This document shows, piece after piece, positions 1 through 9,297 of a stretch of DNA of 64,000 nucleotides (within the stretch, counting starts at the first letter, position 1; each line of letters opens with the position of its first letter). Location of the stretch: positions 12,476-76,475 of the forward strand of contig LZRV01000077.1 of NCBI GenBank assembly GCA_002159065.1, written 5' to 3'. The notes beneath the pieces were generated by a model, which did not search any database, had not been told where the DNA came from, and worked only from the letters and a program-made list of their open reading frames with translations. This DNA is from Paenibacillaceae bacterium ZCTH02-B3 (lineage in GTDB: Bacteria; Bacillota; Bacilli; Paenibacillales; Paenibacillaceae). A program made the position numbers and the translations under genes.

Positions 1-423
1 GCGCACTTCGTAAATCTGCGTCGCATGATGGACTCCATACCCGACAAATCCCGCCGTGCACAAAACCGCCAGCAACGCCGACCAAAAGCGCACCGCCGCG
101 GGAACCGGCGAAGGCACCAGCCCCGTCAGCCTGCCGATAAATACCGCGACATCAGCCGCCAGCACCGTCAGAAAAAGATAAACGAAAATCCCCATCCAGT
201 AGGCGCCGAACCAGGACGCGGCGTGTTTGGCAACCCCCGGCAGCGGAAAAAACGACAATATGAGCGTGAGCGCGGCTAAGCCGTGCACGATGGCAAACAG
301 CCGGCCGCTGGCCGCCGGGAGAACCGCTTTAAGACCCTGATAAAGCCGCCGCCCGATGTACCAGTTGGCCCCGCCATAGATCAGCAGCACGACAAATCCC
401 AGAATAATCGCCCAAATGTTCAT
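1..423 (-). CDS. Integral membrane protein, N-terminal part only (gene continues past the left edge); resembles the multi-TM leader region of membrane-anchored metallophosphoesterases
   Basis: Absent from the ORF track because there is no stop inside the window. Reverse-strand ATG at 423-421 is preceded by GGGAAAGAG. My translation MNIWAIILGFVVLLIYGGANWYIGRRLYQGLKAVLPAASGRLFAIVHGLAALTLILSFFPLPG... gives 3-4 hydrophobic helices. The family assignment is a guess. Confidence 0.45.
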   Translation of the reverse strand, partial: MNIWAIILGFVVLLIYGGANWYIGRRLYQGLKAVLPAASGRLFAIVHGLAALTLILSFFPLPGVAKHAASWFGAYWMGIFVYLFLTVLAADVAVFIGRLTGLVPSPVPAAVRFWSALLAVLCTAGFVGYGVHHATQIYEVR

Positions 424-641
424 AACTCTTTCCCGTCCCGCAGCAGCCCCAGTGTTTCCGCCGGCCCCTGCAAGAAAATATTAACTTTGCGGCCTGCTCA
501 ACATCAAGGAGTGTCGTGACAGGCATGCATACTCCGCGAGGCTCAGCAACAGGGACGTGAGCACGATAACAAACAGGTCCGCGGAGAGGCACTCAACCTT
601 GAGCTTCTCCTGTTGCGGAAACAGTTGCCCAGTTAAGCGAT

Positions 642-672
642 AAAAAGAAAGCCGCGGCTTCCGCAGCCTTCT
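642..672 (-). terminator. Possible rho-independent terminator downstream of the DoxX gene
   Basis: Imperfect GC hairpin (minus strand GGCTGCGG-AA-GCCGCGGC) followed by TTTCTTTTTA. It lies about 135 nt after the DoxX stop. Confidence 0.35.
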
Positions 673-806
673 CATGTACGCCGGCGCCATCCGGCCGCCG
701 GGCAACGATGGTCCGTCTCCGGAGCCCGCCGGCTTCGCGGGAATCACGGCTGTCGCGCCGCTGCGGAGCGTTCCGCGGGCGCGGATTTCCGTGCAGGAAC
801 GGCGGG

Positions 807-1331
807 TCACGCCTGCGCGGCCTGCTCAGGCCGCGCGGTTTGATCTTCCCGGGCGGCGGAACCCGTAAGGTCCGGCTCCGGTCCGGCCGACTCCGTCGTC
901 TCCCGAGCATCCCTGTCGGCGGCGTGGAGGATTTTCAGGATTTTTTTTGAAGGAAACAGCGCGTGGTCCACCGAATACAAGCCGGCGCCGGCGATCAGCA
1001 GGGCGAAGGCCATGGCGAAGAATGTGGCCTCCAGCTCCCAGCCGCCCAGGTATCCGCGGGAAAACTGCACCTTGAAGATGGCGACGAGCATCACGATCAT
1101 GTACAGGGCGGACAGAAACCGCGTGAACAGTCCCATGATCAGCCCGAAACCGCCCAGCACCTCCAGCAGCGCCACACCGTAGGCCAGGATGCCCGGCAGG
1201 CCGATGCTGTCGAACCAGCGGGAGGTGTTTTCGATCCCGCCGCTAAATTTGGAGAAGCCGTGCAGGACAAAGTTGAAACCCAGCACCAGCCGCAGAATCA
1301 ACAAGCTCCAAGCGTACTGTTTCAGTTCCAT
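807..1331 (-). CDS. DoxX family membrane protein
   Basis: 174-aa ORF with four hydrophobic helices and a DoxX-like N-terminus (LLILRLVLGFNFVLHGFSKF, GLPGILAYGVALLEVLGGFGLIMGLFTR). It has a charged C-terminal tail. Confidence 0.8.
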   Translation of the reverse strand: MELKQYAWSLLILRLVLGFNFVLHGFSKFSGGIENTSRWFDSIGLPGILAYGVALLEVLGGFGLIMGLFTRFLSALYMIVMLVAIFKVQFSRGYLGGWELEATFFAMAFALLIAGAGLYSVDHALFPSKKILKILHAADRDARETTESAGPEPDLTGSAAREDQTARPEQAAQA

Positions 1332-1362
1332 GTTCGCGCCCCCTGATTTCCCGTTTATTCGT

Positions 1363-3027
1363 TTACAGCCTAAACTCTTGAACCATCCCGTTCAGCTTGT
1401 CCGCTTCCCGGTCGAGACAGGCCACGCTGCCTTCGACCTCGCGGACGAACCGGCGGAACCCGTCCATGATGACGGACACCTCCGAGATGCCTTCCGCCGT
1501 TTGATCCGAAAGCGCCACGGTGTCCTCGAGAAACCGGCGGATATGGATCGTCTGGCTTCGGATCTCGTCCAGCGACACCGCCATGCTCCCGATCTGCTCT
1601 CCAATCCGGCCGATTTCCTCCTTCAGCGCGTGGAACGTCTCGCCCGTGCGATGAATGAGCGCCCTGCCGTCCTTGATGATCCGGTAGCCGTGATCCAAGG
1701 ACTCCACCGTTTCCTTCGATACCTGCAAGATGTCCTCCACCACTTTCGCGATGTGTGCCGCGGAAGACTGCACCTGCTCCGACAGCTTTCGCACGTTGTC
1801 GGCCACCACGGCGAAGCTGCGGCCATGCTCCCCCGCCTGCGCCGCCTCGATGGCCGCGTTGAAGGCAAGCAGCCGCGTCTGGTCGGCGATCTTTTTGATC
1901 AATTCGGCTATTCCGGAAATTTGTGCGGTTTTTTCGTTCAGGCTGCGCACCAGGGCGAGGGAGCGGTCGATGCTTTGGTCGATGATGTTCATGTTTTCAA
2001 TGGAGGACGTCATCGAGACGCTGCCTTCTTCGGTGAGGGCGAGCATTCGGCCGGAAAGTGCGCTCAGCCGCTCCTTCTCGTCGGCGACAGCCAGGATCTG
2101 CGCGGAAAAATGGTCCATGCGTTCGGCCAGTTCGGAAGACGTGCCGGCCTGATCCCGGGAACGGCGCGACAGCTCTTCCATCGTCCGGGAAATTTCCCGG
2201 CTCTCTTCGGACACCCGGGCGGTGAACTCAATCAGCTTCTTGCTTTCGTCCGCCACAAATCCCGAAGTCCCCGCGATTTTCTCCATCATGTCCCGCAGCG
2301 TCCGTTTCATCCGGTTCATGGAATTGGCGAGGCGGCCGATTTCGTCCCGTTCCAGGTATTCCAAGTCCGGAAGGAGCAGATTTTTGCCGGCGATGCCGTC
2401 CGCCATGCCCACGACCTCGTGAAGGCTCCGCCGTACGTTCCGGGTCACGATCAGAGCCATGACCAGCCCGACGACGGCGGAGACGACAACGGAAAAAACG
2501 AGCGCGAGGCGGTTGCCCCTGAGCTGGCCGTAAGTCTGGTCGATCCAGCGGGCGGTTTTCTGTTTCTCGGCATCGAGCAGCCGGTCCATAAGGCTCAGGA
2601 TCTCGGTTCGCAGTTGTCCCGATCTTTCCGCGGCGTCCGGCTGCCCGCGGACCAGCGCGAGATATTCGTTTTCCTTGCTTCGCAGCTCCTCCAGCAGGTT
2701 TTTCTGTTCGTCCGTGTTGTCCCCGGCGGCAAGCCCGTCGATCGCTTCGCCGGACCGCACGGACAGCTCGTCAAATCGCCTTATGTATCGGTCGTCCCCG
2801 CTCAAGCGGTAATCCTGCAGGGCGATTTCCCTGCTTTTGAACAAAGAGATGAGTTCCGTCATGGCCAGCACCCGTTCCTGGATGCGGTCTTTCCGTTCCA
2901 TCCGGTCCCTCGCCAGCTCCATTCCGTGGCCGACAATGTATGAGGAAATGCCGAAAAGGACGACCGTCACGACCAAAACCAGCGTGAACTTCCATCCGAG
3001 GCTCCGGACATCCTTCCGCATTTGCAA
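1363..3027 (-). CDS. Methyl-accepting chemotaxis protein (two TM, helical sensor, HAMP, MCP signalling domain)
   Basis: Contains the highly conserved MCP hairpin [35 protein letters not shown] helices lie at about aa 12-32 and 175-195, followed by HAMP. Confidence 0.9.
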   Translation of the reverse strand: MQMRKDVRSLGWKFTLVLVVTVVLFGISSYIVGHGMELARDRMERKDRIQERVLAMTELISLFKSREIALQDYRLSGDDRYIRRFDELSVRSGEAIDGLAAGDNTDEQKNLLEELRSKENEYLALVRGQPDAAERSGQLRTEILSLMDRLLDAEKQKTARWIDQTYGQLRGNRLALVFSVVVSAVVGLVMALIVTRNVRRSLHEVVGMADGIAGKNLLLPDLEYLERDEIGRLANSMNRMKRTLRDMMEKIAGTSGFVADESKKLIEFTARVSEESREISRTMEELSRRSRDQAGTSSELAERMDHFSAQILAVADEKERLSALSGRMLALTEEGSVSMTSSIENMNIIDQSIDRSLALVRSLNEKTAQISGIAELIKKIADQTRLLAFNAAIEAAQAGEHGRSFAVVADNVRKLSEQVQSSAAHIAKVVEDILQVSKETVESLDHGYRIIKDGRALIHRTGETFHALKEEIGRIGEQIGSMAVSLDEIRSQTIHIRRFLEDTVALSDQTAEGISEVSVIMDGFRRFVREVEGSVACLDREADKLNGMVQEFRL

Positions 3028-3281
3028 CCGAACCCCTTTTATATCCCAAGTAATTCACACATATTTATATACTAACTTTACGTAATTAAGGTTCGCCATG
3101 GGCTCCGGTCCCATAAAAACGAATTGCACTTATTCACTGTTCCAGACGATTCAGCCGCGGCAATGGACTGGACTCAATTCGCCTCGATGCGCCGCGCGAC
3201 AGCCGGGCGACCACAAGCGATCACCGGCAGCGGAGTTATAAAAATTCATCATTCCGCAAAACGCCGCCGTCCGATCACGAG

Positions 3282-3440
3282 TCAGCCGCGGGAGATCGCC
3301 AAGGCCAAGGTTCCCGCGGTCATGAGGAGAAGGCCAAGGTGAACCTTCCTGCAAAGTTTCTCTTTGAACACGATCCAAGAGAAAGCCACGGTGAACGGGA
3401 TGCTGATCATGCCGATCCGCATGTGGAAGGAATCCGGGAC
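3282..3440 (-). pseudogene. Possible remnant of the C-terminus of an EamA/DMT-type transporter
   Basis: My translation of the minus strand gives ...MRIGMISIPFTVAFSWIVFKEKLCRKVHLGLLLMTAGTLALAISRG*. This resembles the last TM pair of EamA proteins, but the upstream 250 aa are missing. It is too short for the ORF track. Confidence 0.25.
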
Positions 3441-3490
3441 ATCCTGTTCATCAGCGGCAGAAAAAGGCGAAAGCCCGACAAAAACGAAAA

Positions 3491-3523
3491 GCCCCTTGCG
3501 GCGTGAGACCGTCCGCGAGGGGC
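3491..3523 (-). terminator. Rho-independent terminator after the 3572-4579 chemoreceptor gene
   Basis: Hairpin GCCCCTTGCGG...CCGCGAGGGGC with one mismatch. On the minus strand it is followed by CTTTTCGTTTTTGTC. It lies 50 nt downstream of the stop at 3572. Confidence 0.7.
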
Positions 3524-3571
3524 GTTTGTCTTTACGCGGCTTTGGGCTGACGGATTGCCAAGGATTCCCCT

Positions 3572-4579
3572 TCAGCCCGCAGTCATTCGTTTTAGTTCCG
3601 CAGCGAGCTCGTCCAGCTGGTTGTGGCTCTCGCTGATCTCGCTGACGCGGTCGTCCTGGGTGGAGATGCTGGACAGCATCTCCTCGACGGCCGCCATGTT
3701 GTTTTCCGTCGTTTCGGCGATCACGTTGATATCCGTCGCGGATTGCCGGTACTCGCGCAGCACGCTGGAGGCGGCCGATTCCACCTGTCCCGCCTGCTCC
3801 TTGACCCTTTCGGCGTCCCCGGAAAGCTCGTCCATCACGTCCGCCATGTGGCGGGCGGCCTCGTGGTTCTCGGCGGTCACCCGCCGGATCTGCATCACCT
3901 GCTCCACCGCCTGGGCCGTCTTGACGCGAATCTGTTCCAGGATATCGCCGATTTGCCTTGTGGAGTCCTGGGACGTATTGGCGAGTTTCCGGATTTCATT
4001 GGCTACCACGACGAATCCTCTGCCGTGTTCCCCCGCCTGGGCGGCTTCGATGGAGGCGTTCAGGGCCAGAAGATTCGTCTGCTGCGAAATGTGGTTGATG
4101 GTCGCCACGACTTCGTGAATCCGCTCGTTGAGGACATTCAGCTCGTTCATGATGGCGGCGGACCGTTCCATCGTTTCGCGGACCCGGCTCATTTTTTCCG
4201 ACAGTTCTTGCGCTTCCGCCCGTCCGTTTTTCGTCAGGGTTTCGGAATTTTCCGACAGCGCTTTCATCTCCATCGAACTTGCGGCAAAGGTTTCGACGGC
4301 CTGTTCGATGTTCTGGATCGCCGCGTTCTCATCGGTGATGCTTTTGGTCTGCGTCTCGATGCTGAACGTGAGCTGCCCGAAGGCGGCGGTGATTTCCTGG
4401 GAAATGGTCCGGGTGGTGGAGATGTTGTCCTTCAGCCTGGAACTGAAATCGTTCAGGGTGACCAGGGAAAAGGAGATCCGTTCAATCATGTTCTGGACGC
4501 GATACTTTTCCGTGACGGCCTGCTCCCGCTGTCGCTCCGCCTCGGCCTGCAATTGTTCGGCAAATTTCGCCGATGCCAT
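3572..4579 (-). CDS. Methyl-accepting chemotaxis protein (signalling domain; N-terminus uncertain)
   Basis: Contains [31 protein letters not shown]. The in-frame sequence upstream of ATG 4579 encodes a TM-like segment with no start codon (see finding). Confidence 0.85.
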   Translation of the reverse strand: MASAKFAEQLQAEAERQREQAVTEKYRVQNMIERISFSLVTLNDFSSRLKDNISTTRTISQEITAAFGQLTFSIETQTKSITDENAAIQNIEQAVETFAASSMEMKALSENSETLTKNGRAEAQELSEKMSRVRETMERSAAIMNELNVLNERIHEVVATINHISQQTNLLALNASIEAAQAGEHGRGFVVVANEIRKLANTSQDSTRQIGDILEQIRVKTAQAVEQVMQIRRVTAENHEAARHMADVMDELSGDAERVKEQAGQVESAASSVLREYRQSATDINVIAETTENNMAAVEEMLSSISTQDDRVSEISESHNQLDELAAELKRMTAG

Positions 4580-4775
4580 GAGGGGAGCCGCGATCAGCGC
4601 CAGGAACAGGTAGAACGAGATGGGACTGTGGCCAGCCTGAAATTCCGCCGACCGGAGTCCGTTTTTTGTTTCTCGCTTTCGAGAAGCCGCTCCGGAAAAA
4701 AGACATCCCCGGGCGGATTCACGCCCGGGGATCCCTCTTAGCGGTTTGTGCCGGCCATTGTCGACAACAGGGGGT

Positions 4776-6965
4776 TCACAACGTCAATGTTTCTTCCATC
4801 ATCAGAAGAACACCCCGATATTCGAGGACAACGTAGGCGTAGTAGGTTCCCGGATTGCTGCTCACAAGAACGCGGTCGGAAATCCCCCCCCACAATTTCA
4901 AGCCCCGCGTGATATAAGTGTTACTGTCGTTAAGAAGCTGGATGACATCGTCCGGCGAATTGACGGTCGGAAGCGGCGTGTCGTTGACGACATAATAAAC
5001 CGTTACCGGGGCAGTCTGCGGTGTGTAATCCAGGTACATGACCAATGTGCTTGTTTCGACATTCCCGGAAATCGAAATAAATCGGAACACGTTATTCGAA
5101 TCCGTATCGATCTCCACAGTCTCCTTCTGGGTTTTAATCAATCCATCGCCGGCCGAACCGACCACATAAAGCTTGAATTTCTGATTCAGATCGTTCGGAT
5201 AAACATGAGCAAGTTCCAGCCTTTTCGTTCCGCTGGTTTTGACACGACCGCTAGTGGCCGTCGTACCGGAAATTTGAAGCAAATCTTCCACGTCCGGTTC
5301 AGGGTCGCTCTCGGGCAGCATCATATAATGCAAATCGGTGACCCATTGCGACGTAACCGTGACGTAGGTGGTGATCGTGTAAGTGGCGTCCATGACCGTA
5401 ACGATGGAATTTGGATCGACGGACATGGACGGTTTTATGGAAGCAGGTGTCGGCGGCGGCAGAATTTCTGCATCCTTCTCCACCGTGATGGACTCCTGCG
5501 CGAGTATTTTGCCCAGCTTGGAAGTGATGGTGACGGTGATGACCGTATCCCGCAAATATGAACCGCCTGTCACGGAGACGGACGGCAGTCCGGACTTCGG
5601 ATGTTTCTCCAGCTGTTTCGGCAAGGTGAGCGGTCTGAAATCATGAACGACCGCCGTCACCTGGAGGTTTTCGTTCAACCAGTCCATGTCAACGTCATAG
5701 AACGGATTACCGTATTGATCCAAAGGTGTGAGCAAGAGATAGGCGGTTTCACCCTTTTTCAGGGTCGATACGCGATTTCCTGACGCGTCATAAAAGCCCG
5801 CCGTACTCACGCGGTCGAGCACGCGGATATCTCCGATTTTGTAGATGCGGTCGGCAGAAACGTTGTCTGCCAGGATGACGACTGCAACAAATGTTTCTTT
5901 CGGCAGCTCGGCCAAATCCAGCACGACCAGATTGAGTTCGGGATGAATCTCTGCGCGAGGAGCAATCGAAATGACACGGATGTCCTCGGGCCTCTCGTCC
6001 ATTTCTTCCCCAAACTGGTTGTACAGGGAAAACGGCACGGCCACATCATTCGCCTGGGGAAGCTGATCGGACCCGCCCAGCTCGATCCGTTCCAGCGTTT
6101 CGGCCTCCATGTTGAACTGATACTCGGAAGTGACGGTCTTTTCATCGGAGCGGACGGTAAAGCTGACGATGTAAGAGCCTGTTTCGGCCTTATCGTTCAG
6201 GATGGCCGTTACCGAGCCCTCGTCGGCGTTCCACTCCAGACGTTCGATGCCCACGGGCGTCCGCTCGTTTTCGTTCCCGATCCGTTCGATGACAATGGAC
6301 GCCGCGTCCGGATCGGCTTTTCCCTGGAAGGTGATTTGCACCTTTCGCGCGCCCGTTTGTTCTGCGGACGTCATCCACCCTGTCTCCTCGGCGTTTGCCT
6401 GAAGCTGCTCATTCGCCGCATACGAAACATCCACCAGCAAGTCCCGGCTCGCGGGTTTGGTGTAGTCGGACTGTTCCGGAATCAGTCCGGCGTCGAGGGC
6501 AGCCTTCACATACTTTCCGGCCCAATCGCTGGCTCCCTCCACCTTGGCATCTTCATCAACCTCGAGATCCAGCGCCTCCACCATGATCTTGGCCAACTGT
6601 TCGATGGTGACATCGGAGGAAGGATCGAAAATACCATTTCCATATCCTTCCAATATATCCGCCGCGGTCGCCGCTCCGATATATCCCAACGCCCAATGCG
6701 ATTCGTCCAGATCGATGTAAATATTCGCGCCGGAAGGATTCTCTTTCAAACTCAAAATCAAGGCGATGATCTTGGCGGCCTGCGCCCGCGTCATGTTGTG
6801 GTCCAAATGCGCCTCGCCGTCCGGAAAACCTTCGAAGATGCCTTGTTCCACCAATTTATTGTACTTTTCTTCGGCGGTCAGAACCTCGCCGTGAACCGCC
6901 GCCGGCTGCACCACCGCGGCAAGCAGCGCAAACGCCAGCAGCAATCGGATGATCCTTTTCCCCAA
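4776..6965 (-). CDS. S-layer homology (SLH) domain cell-surface protein with beta-rich repeat region
   Basis: Signal peptide [29 protein letters not shown]-like repeats include [28 protein letters not shown] and [28 protein letters not shown]. The remaining ~540 aa are Thr/Val-rich and Ig-like. Confidence 0.8.
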   Translation of the reverse strand: MGKRIIRLLLAFALLAAVVQPAAVHGEVLTAEEKYNKLVEQGIFEGFPDGEAHLDHNMTRAQAAKIIALILSLKENPSGANIYIDLDESHWALGYIGAATAADILEGYGNGIFDPSSDVTIEQLAKIMVEALDLEVDEDAKVEGASDWAGKYVKAALDAGLIPEQSDYTKPASRDLLVDVSYAANEQLQANAEETGWMTSAEQTGARKVQITFQGKADPDAASIVIERIGNENERTPVGIERLEWNADEGSVTAILNDKAETGSYIVSFTVRSDEKTVTSEYQFNMEAETLERIELGGSDQLPQANDVAVPFSLYNQFGEEMDERPEDIRVISIAPRAEIHPELNLVVLDLAELPKETFVAVVILADNVSADRIYKIGDIRVLDRVSTAGFYDASGNRVSTLKKGETAYLLLTPLDQYGNPFYDVDMDWLNENLQVTAVVHDFRPLTLPKQLEKHPKSGLPSVSVTGGSYLRDTVITVTITSKLGKILAQESITVEKDAEILPPPTPASIKPSMSVDPNSIVTVMDATYTITTYVTVTSQWVTDLHYMMLPESDPEPDVEDLLQISGTTATSGRVKTSGTKRLELAHVYPNDLNQKFKLYVVGSAGDGLIKTQKETVEIDTDSNNVFRFISISGNVETSTLVMYLDYTPQTAPVTVYYVVNDTPLPTVNSPDDVIQLLNDSNTYITRGLKLWGGISDRVLVSSNPGTYYAYVVLEYRGVLLMMEETLTL

Positions 6966-7123
6966 ATCAGAAGGCCTCCCTTTCGGTGCAAACCCACGCC
7001 GGGAGGAATCTCTCCGGCAGGTTGTCGATTGATGAATGTTGAATTTATTTTACATGAGTCCAAAAATGATACCCATAGGCTCTTTTTCCCAAGAATGCGT
7101 TGCAACCGGGAACAATGGCCTAC

Positions 7124-7154
7124 AAAAAACATGCAGCCGCGCCTGCGGCTGCAT
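7124..7154 (-). terminator. Rho-independent terminator after the transaldolase gene
   Basis: Perfect 10-bp stem ATGCAGCCGC-gcct-GCGGCTGCAT (7131-7154). On the minus strand it is followed by TTTTTTG (7124-7129 on the plus strand). Confidence 0.85.
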
Positions 7155-7184
7155 GGAGTCTGCCGGGTTGTGCCGGCTGTCCCG

Positions 7185-7829
7185 TCATTGCGGAACCTTT
7201 TTCCAATCTTCCAGAAATCTTGCGATTCCGACGTCCGTCAAAGGATGTTTCCACAGCGACGGGAACAGGGAACCGGGAATGGTGGCGATATCCGCCCCGA
7301 TCACCGCCGCCTGCTGCACGTGGGCGATGCTGCGGACGCTGGCAACGATGATTTCCGTCTTGAAGCCGTAGTTGTCCTTGATCGCCTTGAGATCCCGGAC
7401 CAGTTGCATGCCTTCCTCGCCGATGTCGTCGATTCTGCCGACGAAGGGGCTGATGTAGGTCGCCCCCGCCTTGCACGCCATGAGGCCCTGGGCCGCGGAG
7501 AAAATCAGCGTCACGTTGGTCTTGATGCCTTCCTTGGACAGAATATTGACCGCTTCCAGCCCCGCTTCCGTCATCGGGATCTTGACCACGATATTGGGGG
7601 CCCAGGTCGCGATCTCCCGCGCTTCCTTCAGCATCTCTTCCGTGGTGAGTCCCACCACTTCGGCGCTCACGGGGCCGGAGACTTCCCGGCAGATTTCCTG
7701 AATGACTTCTTTGAACGGCCTTTTCTCCTTCGCGATCAGCGTGGGGTTCGTCGTTACGCCGTCCACCAGGCCGAGACGGTTGACGCGCCGGATTTCCTCA
7801 ATGTTCCCCGTGTCCAAAAAAAACTTCAT
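7185..7829 (-). CDS. tal: Transaldolase type 3B / fructose-6-phosphate aldolase family
   Basis: 214 aa with [41 protein letters not shown] (Schiff-base Lys region) and [14 protein letters not shown]. It is collinear with my memory of B. subtilis Tal/YwjH. Confidence 0.9.
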   Translation of the reverse strand: MKFFLDTGNIEEIRRVNRLGLVDGVTTNPTLIAKEKRPFKEVIQEICREVSGPVSAEVVGLTTEEMLKEAREIATWAPNIVVKIPMTEAGLEAVNILSKEGIKTNVTLIFSAAQGLMACKAGATYISPFVGRIDDIGEEGMQLVRDLKAIKDNYGFKTEIIVASVRSIAHVQQAAVIGADIATIPGSLFPSLWKHPLTDVGIARFLEDWKKVPQ

Positions 7830-8017
7830 CTGACTCTCTCCTTCAGATCGGGTTGATATAAGGATTTACGGCAGCATTAGCCGCTGTTTCCAAAACGTCG
7901 CCGTACCCTATTATCCGCCAACGCGCCGTCCATGTCAATGCGGGCTGTAACCCTCCAGCCCGCTCATCCGTCTAATAGGTCAAAGAGAATTAAATGCGCA
8001 AGGAGTGGAGAGAAACG

Positions 8018-8560
8018 ATGGGCAAAGCGAAAGCGTGCTTCCTGGCGGCTGTCTTGGCGGCAACGTCACTGCTCGCCGCCTGCGGCGCCGAGCCCCGCGA
8101 ATCGTCGCAGGGAGCGCCAAACGGGGAAAGCCCGCCGACCGCCACGGAAACGGCATCGCCGGAGACCGGCGAAGAGGCGGACCGGGAAGCCGCCGCGGCG
8201 GTGGTCGAACAGTTCGGCAGGCAACTCCGGATGGTGTCCCTGCTGGCTCCGGAAGAGGATCTCAAGCAGAGTATCCGGGATCACTACGGGGAATATGTAA
8301 CCGGGGAATTGCTGGAAGCCTGGCTGAACGATCCTTCCGCCGCGCCGGGGCGTCTGGTGTCCAGTCCCTGGCCGGATCGCATCGAAATCGGCGAAATCAC
8401 CGCCGCACCCGGCGACTCCTGCGAGGTTACAGGCGAGATCATTGAAATCACCGGGGACGAAGAAATCGCGGCCAAAATCCCGGTCACGCTCCGGTTGGTC
8501 CGGCAGGACGGCAAGTGGCGGATTTCGGAATTTGCGGCGGGCGAACCCGTGGAACCATGA
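8018..8560 (+). CDS. Lipoprotein of unknown function
   Basis: Signal peptide and lipobox MGKAKACFLAAVLAATSLLAACG. GGAGAGA lies 5 nt before ATG 8018, so the ORF-track start at 7994 is less likely. Confidence 0.65.
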   Translation: MGKAKACFLAAVLAATSLLAACGAEPRESSQGAPNGESPPTATETASPETGEEADREAAAAVVEQFGRQLRMVSLLAPEEDLKQSIRDHYGEYVTGELLEAWLNDPSAAPGRLVSSPWPDRIEIGEITAAPGDSCEVTGEIIEITGDEEIAAKIPVTLRLVRQDGKWRISEFAAGEPVEP

Positions 8561-8671
8561 CGGATACGCCCGGAAAACGCAAGGCGCCGGACACGGGTCT
8601 GCTCCCGCCGGCGCCTTCATTCCATCCGGATAAACCAAAGCCTGTCCGCGGCATCCCGAGCCTGCGCCCCG

Positions 8672-9166
8672 TCAGGCCTGGCTTCCGGTCAGTTGCTTCT
8701 TCAAATCTTCCACTTCCATCTCGACCCGGAACAGTCTGGAGATAAAGTATTCGTGCTCCCTCTTGTTGCCGCGCAGTTCCTCCATCACTTCATCAAAGCG
8801 GCGGTCGATCCGCAGGAACTGTTCATCGTGCCGGTCGAGACGGGCTTCAATCCGGTCCAGGCGGCTTTCGATCTGCTCAAACCGCCTGTCAATCTGCTCA
8901 AACCGTCTGTCAATCTGCTCAAACCGCTTGTCGATCTGCTCAAACCGCTTGTCGATCTGCTCAAACCGCTTGTCGATCTGCCCAAACCGCTTGTCAATTT
9001 CCCCGAACCGCTTTCGATTTTCCTCCTTCTCCTCCTCGAACGAGCTTCTCAGCGCGCCGACGGACTTGATCAGGTCGCCGATCATGACCTCCATCCGGTC
9101 GAGCCTTTTCTCCAGACCGTCCACAAAAACCACCACCAAACCGAACATTTGTTCCCATTTTACCAT
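8672..9166 (-). CDS. Coiled-coil protein with a tandem heptad array (IDKRFEQ)n
   Basis: 164 aa containing ...EIDKRFGQIDKRFEQIDKRFEQIDKRFEQIDRRFEQIDRRFEQIESRLDRIEARLDRHDEQF..., with a hydrophobic N-terminal segment FGLVVVFV. Confidence 0.65.
   Translation of the reverse strand: MVKWEQMFGLVVVFVDGLEKRLDRMEVMIGDLIKSVGALRSSFEEEKEENRKRFGEIDKRFGQIDKRFEQIDKRFEQIDKRFEQIDRRFEQIDRRFEQIESRLDRIEARLDRHDEQFLRIDRRFDEVMEELRGNKREHEYFISRLFRVEMEVEDLKKQLTGSQA
8870..9016. repeat. Seven tandem 21-bp units (GATCTGCTCAAACCGCTTGTC consensus) inside the coiled-coil gene
   Basis: Units start at 8870, 8891, 8912, 8933, 8954, 8975 and 8996. The central three are identical and the outer ones are degenerate. Confidence 0.9.
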
Positions 9167-9297
9167 TTTTGGGGTTGGTTGTCAATCCGTAGAGGGGACA
9201 AAGTTCACTTTTTTTCGTGAAAAAAAAAGATACGAGAAACTTTTTCCAGCGGATTGCGGTCTAACCAGATGAACACAAGCCGCGGAGTGATTGGCGA

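Noticed and set aside
1189-2943. 584-aa plus-strand ORF overlapping the first chemoreceptor gene. Similar long shadow ORFs occur at 3623-4741, 5943-7856, 12538-14370, 15678-16912, 16969-18042, 17835-18938, 20736-22301, 23814-25196, 34118-35785, 38345-40120, 41069-42760, 47239-48846, 51843-53702 and 58265-60397.
   Set aside because: All are antisense or out of frame relative to genes with strong family signatures. They have Arg/Gly/Pro/His-rich compositions and no RBS or domain motifs. They are GC-content artefacts.
8763-9272. 169-aa plus-strand ORF with repeated LSICSNR units
   Set aside because: It is the antisense reading of the 21-bp tandem array. The minus-strand heptad coiled-coil frame has a plausible start, charged heptads and a C-terminal domain, so it was preferred.
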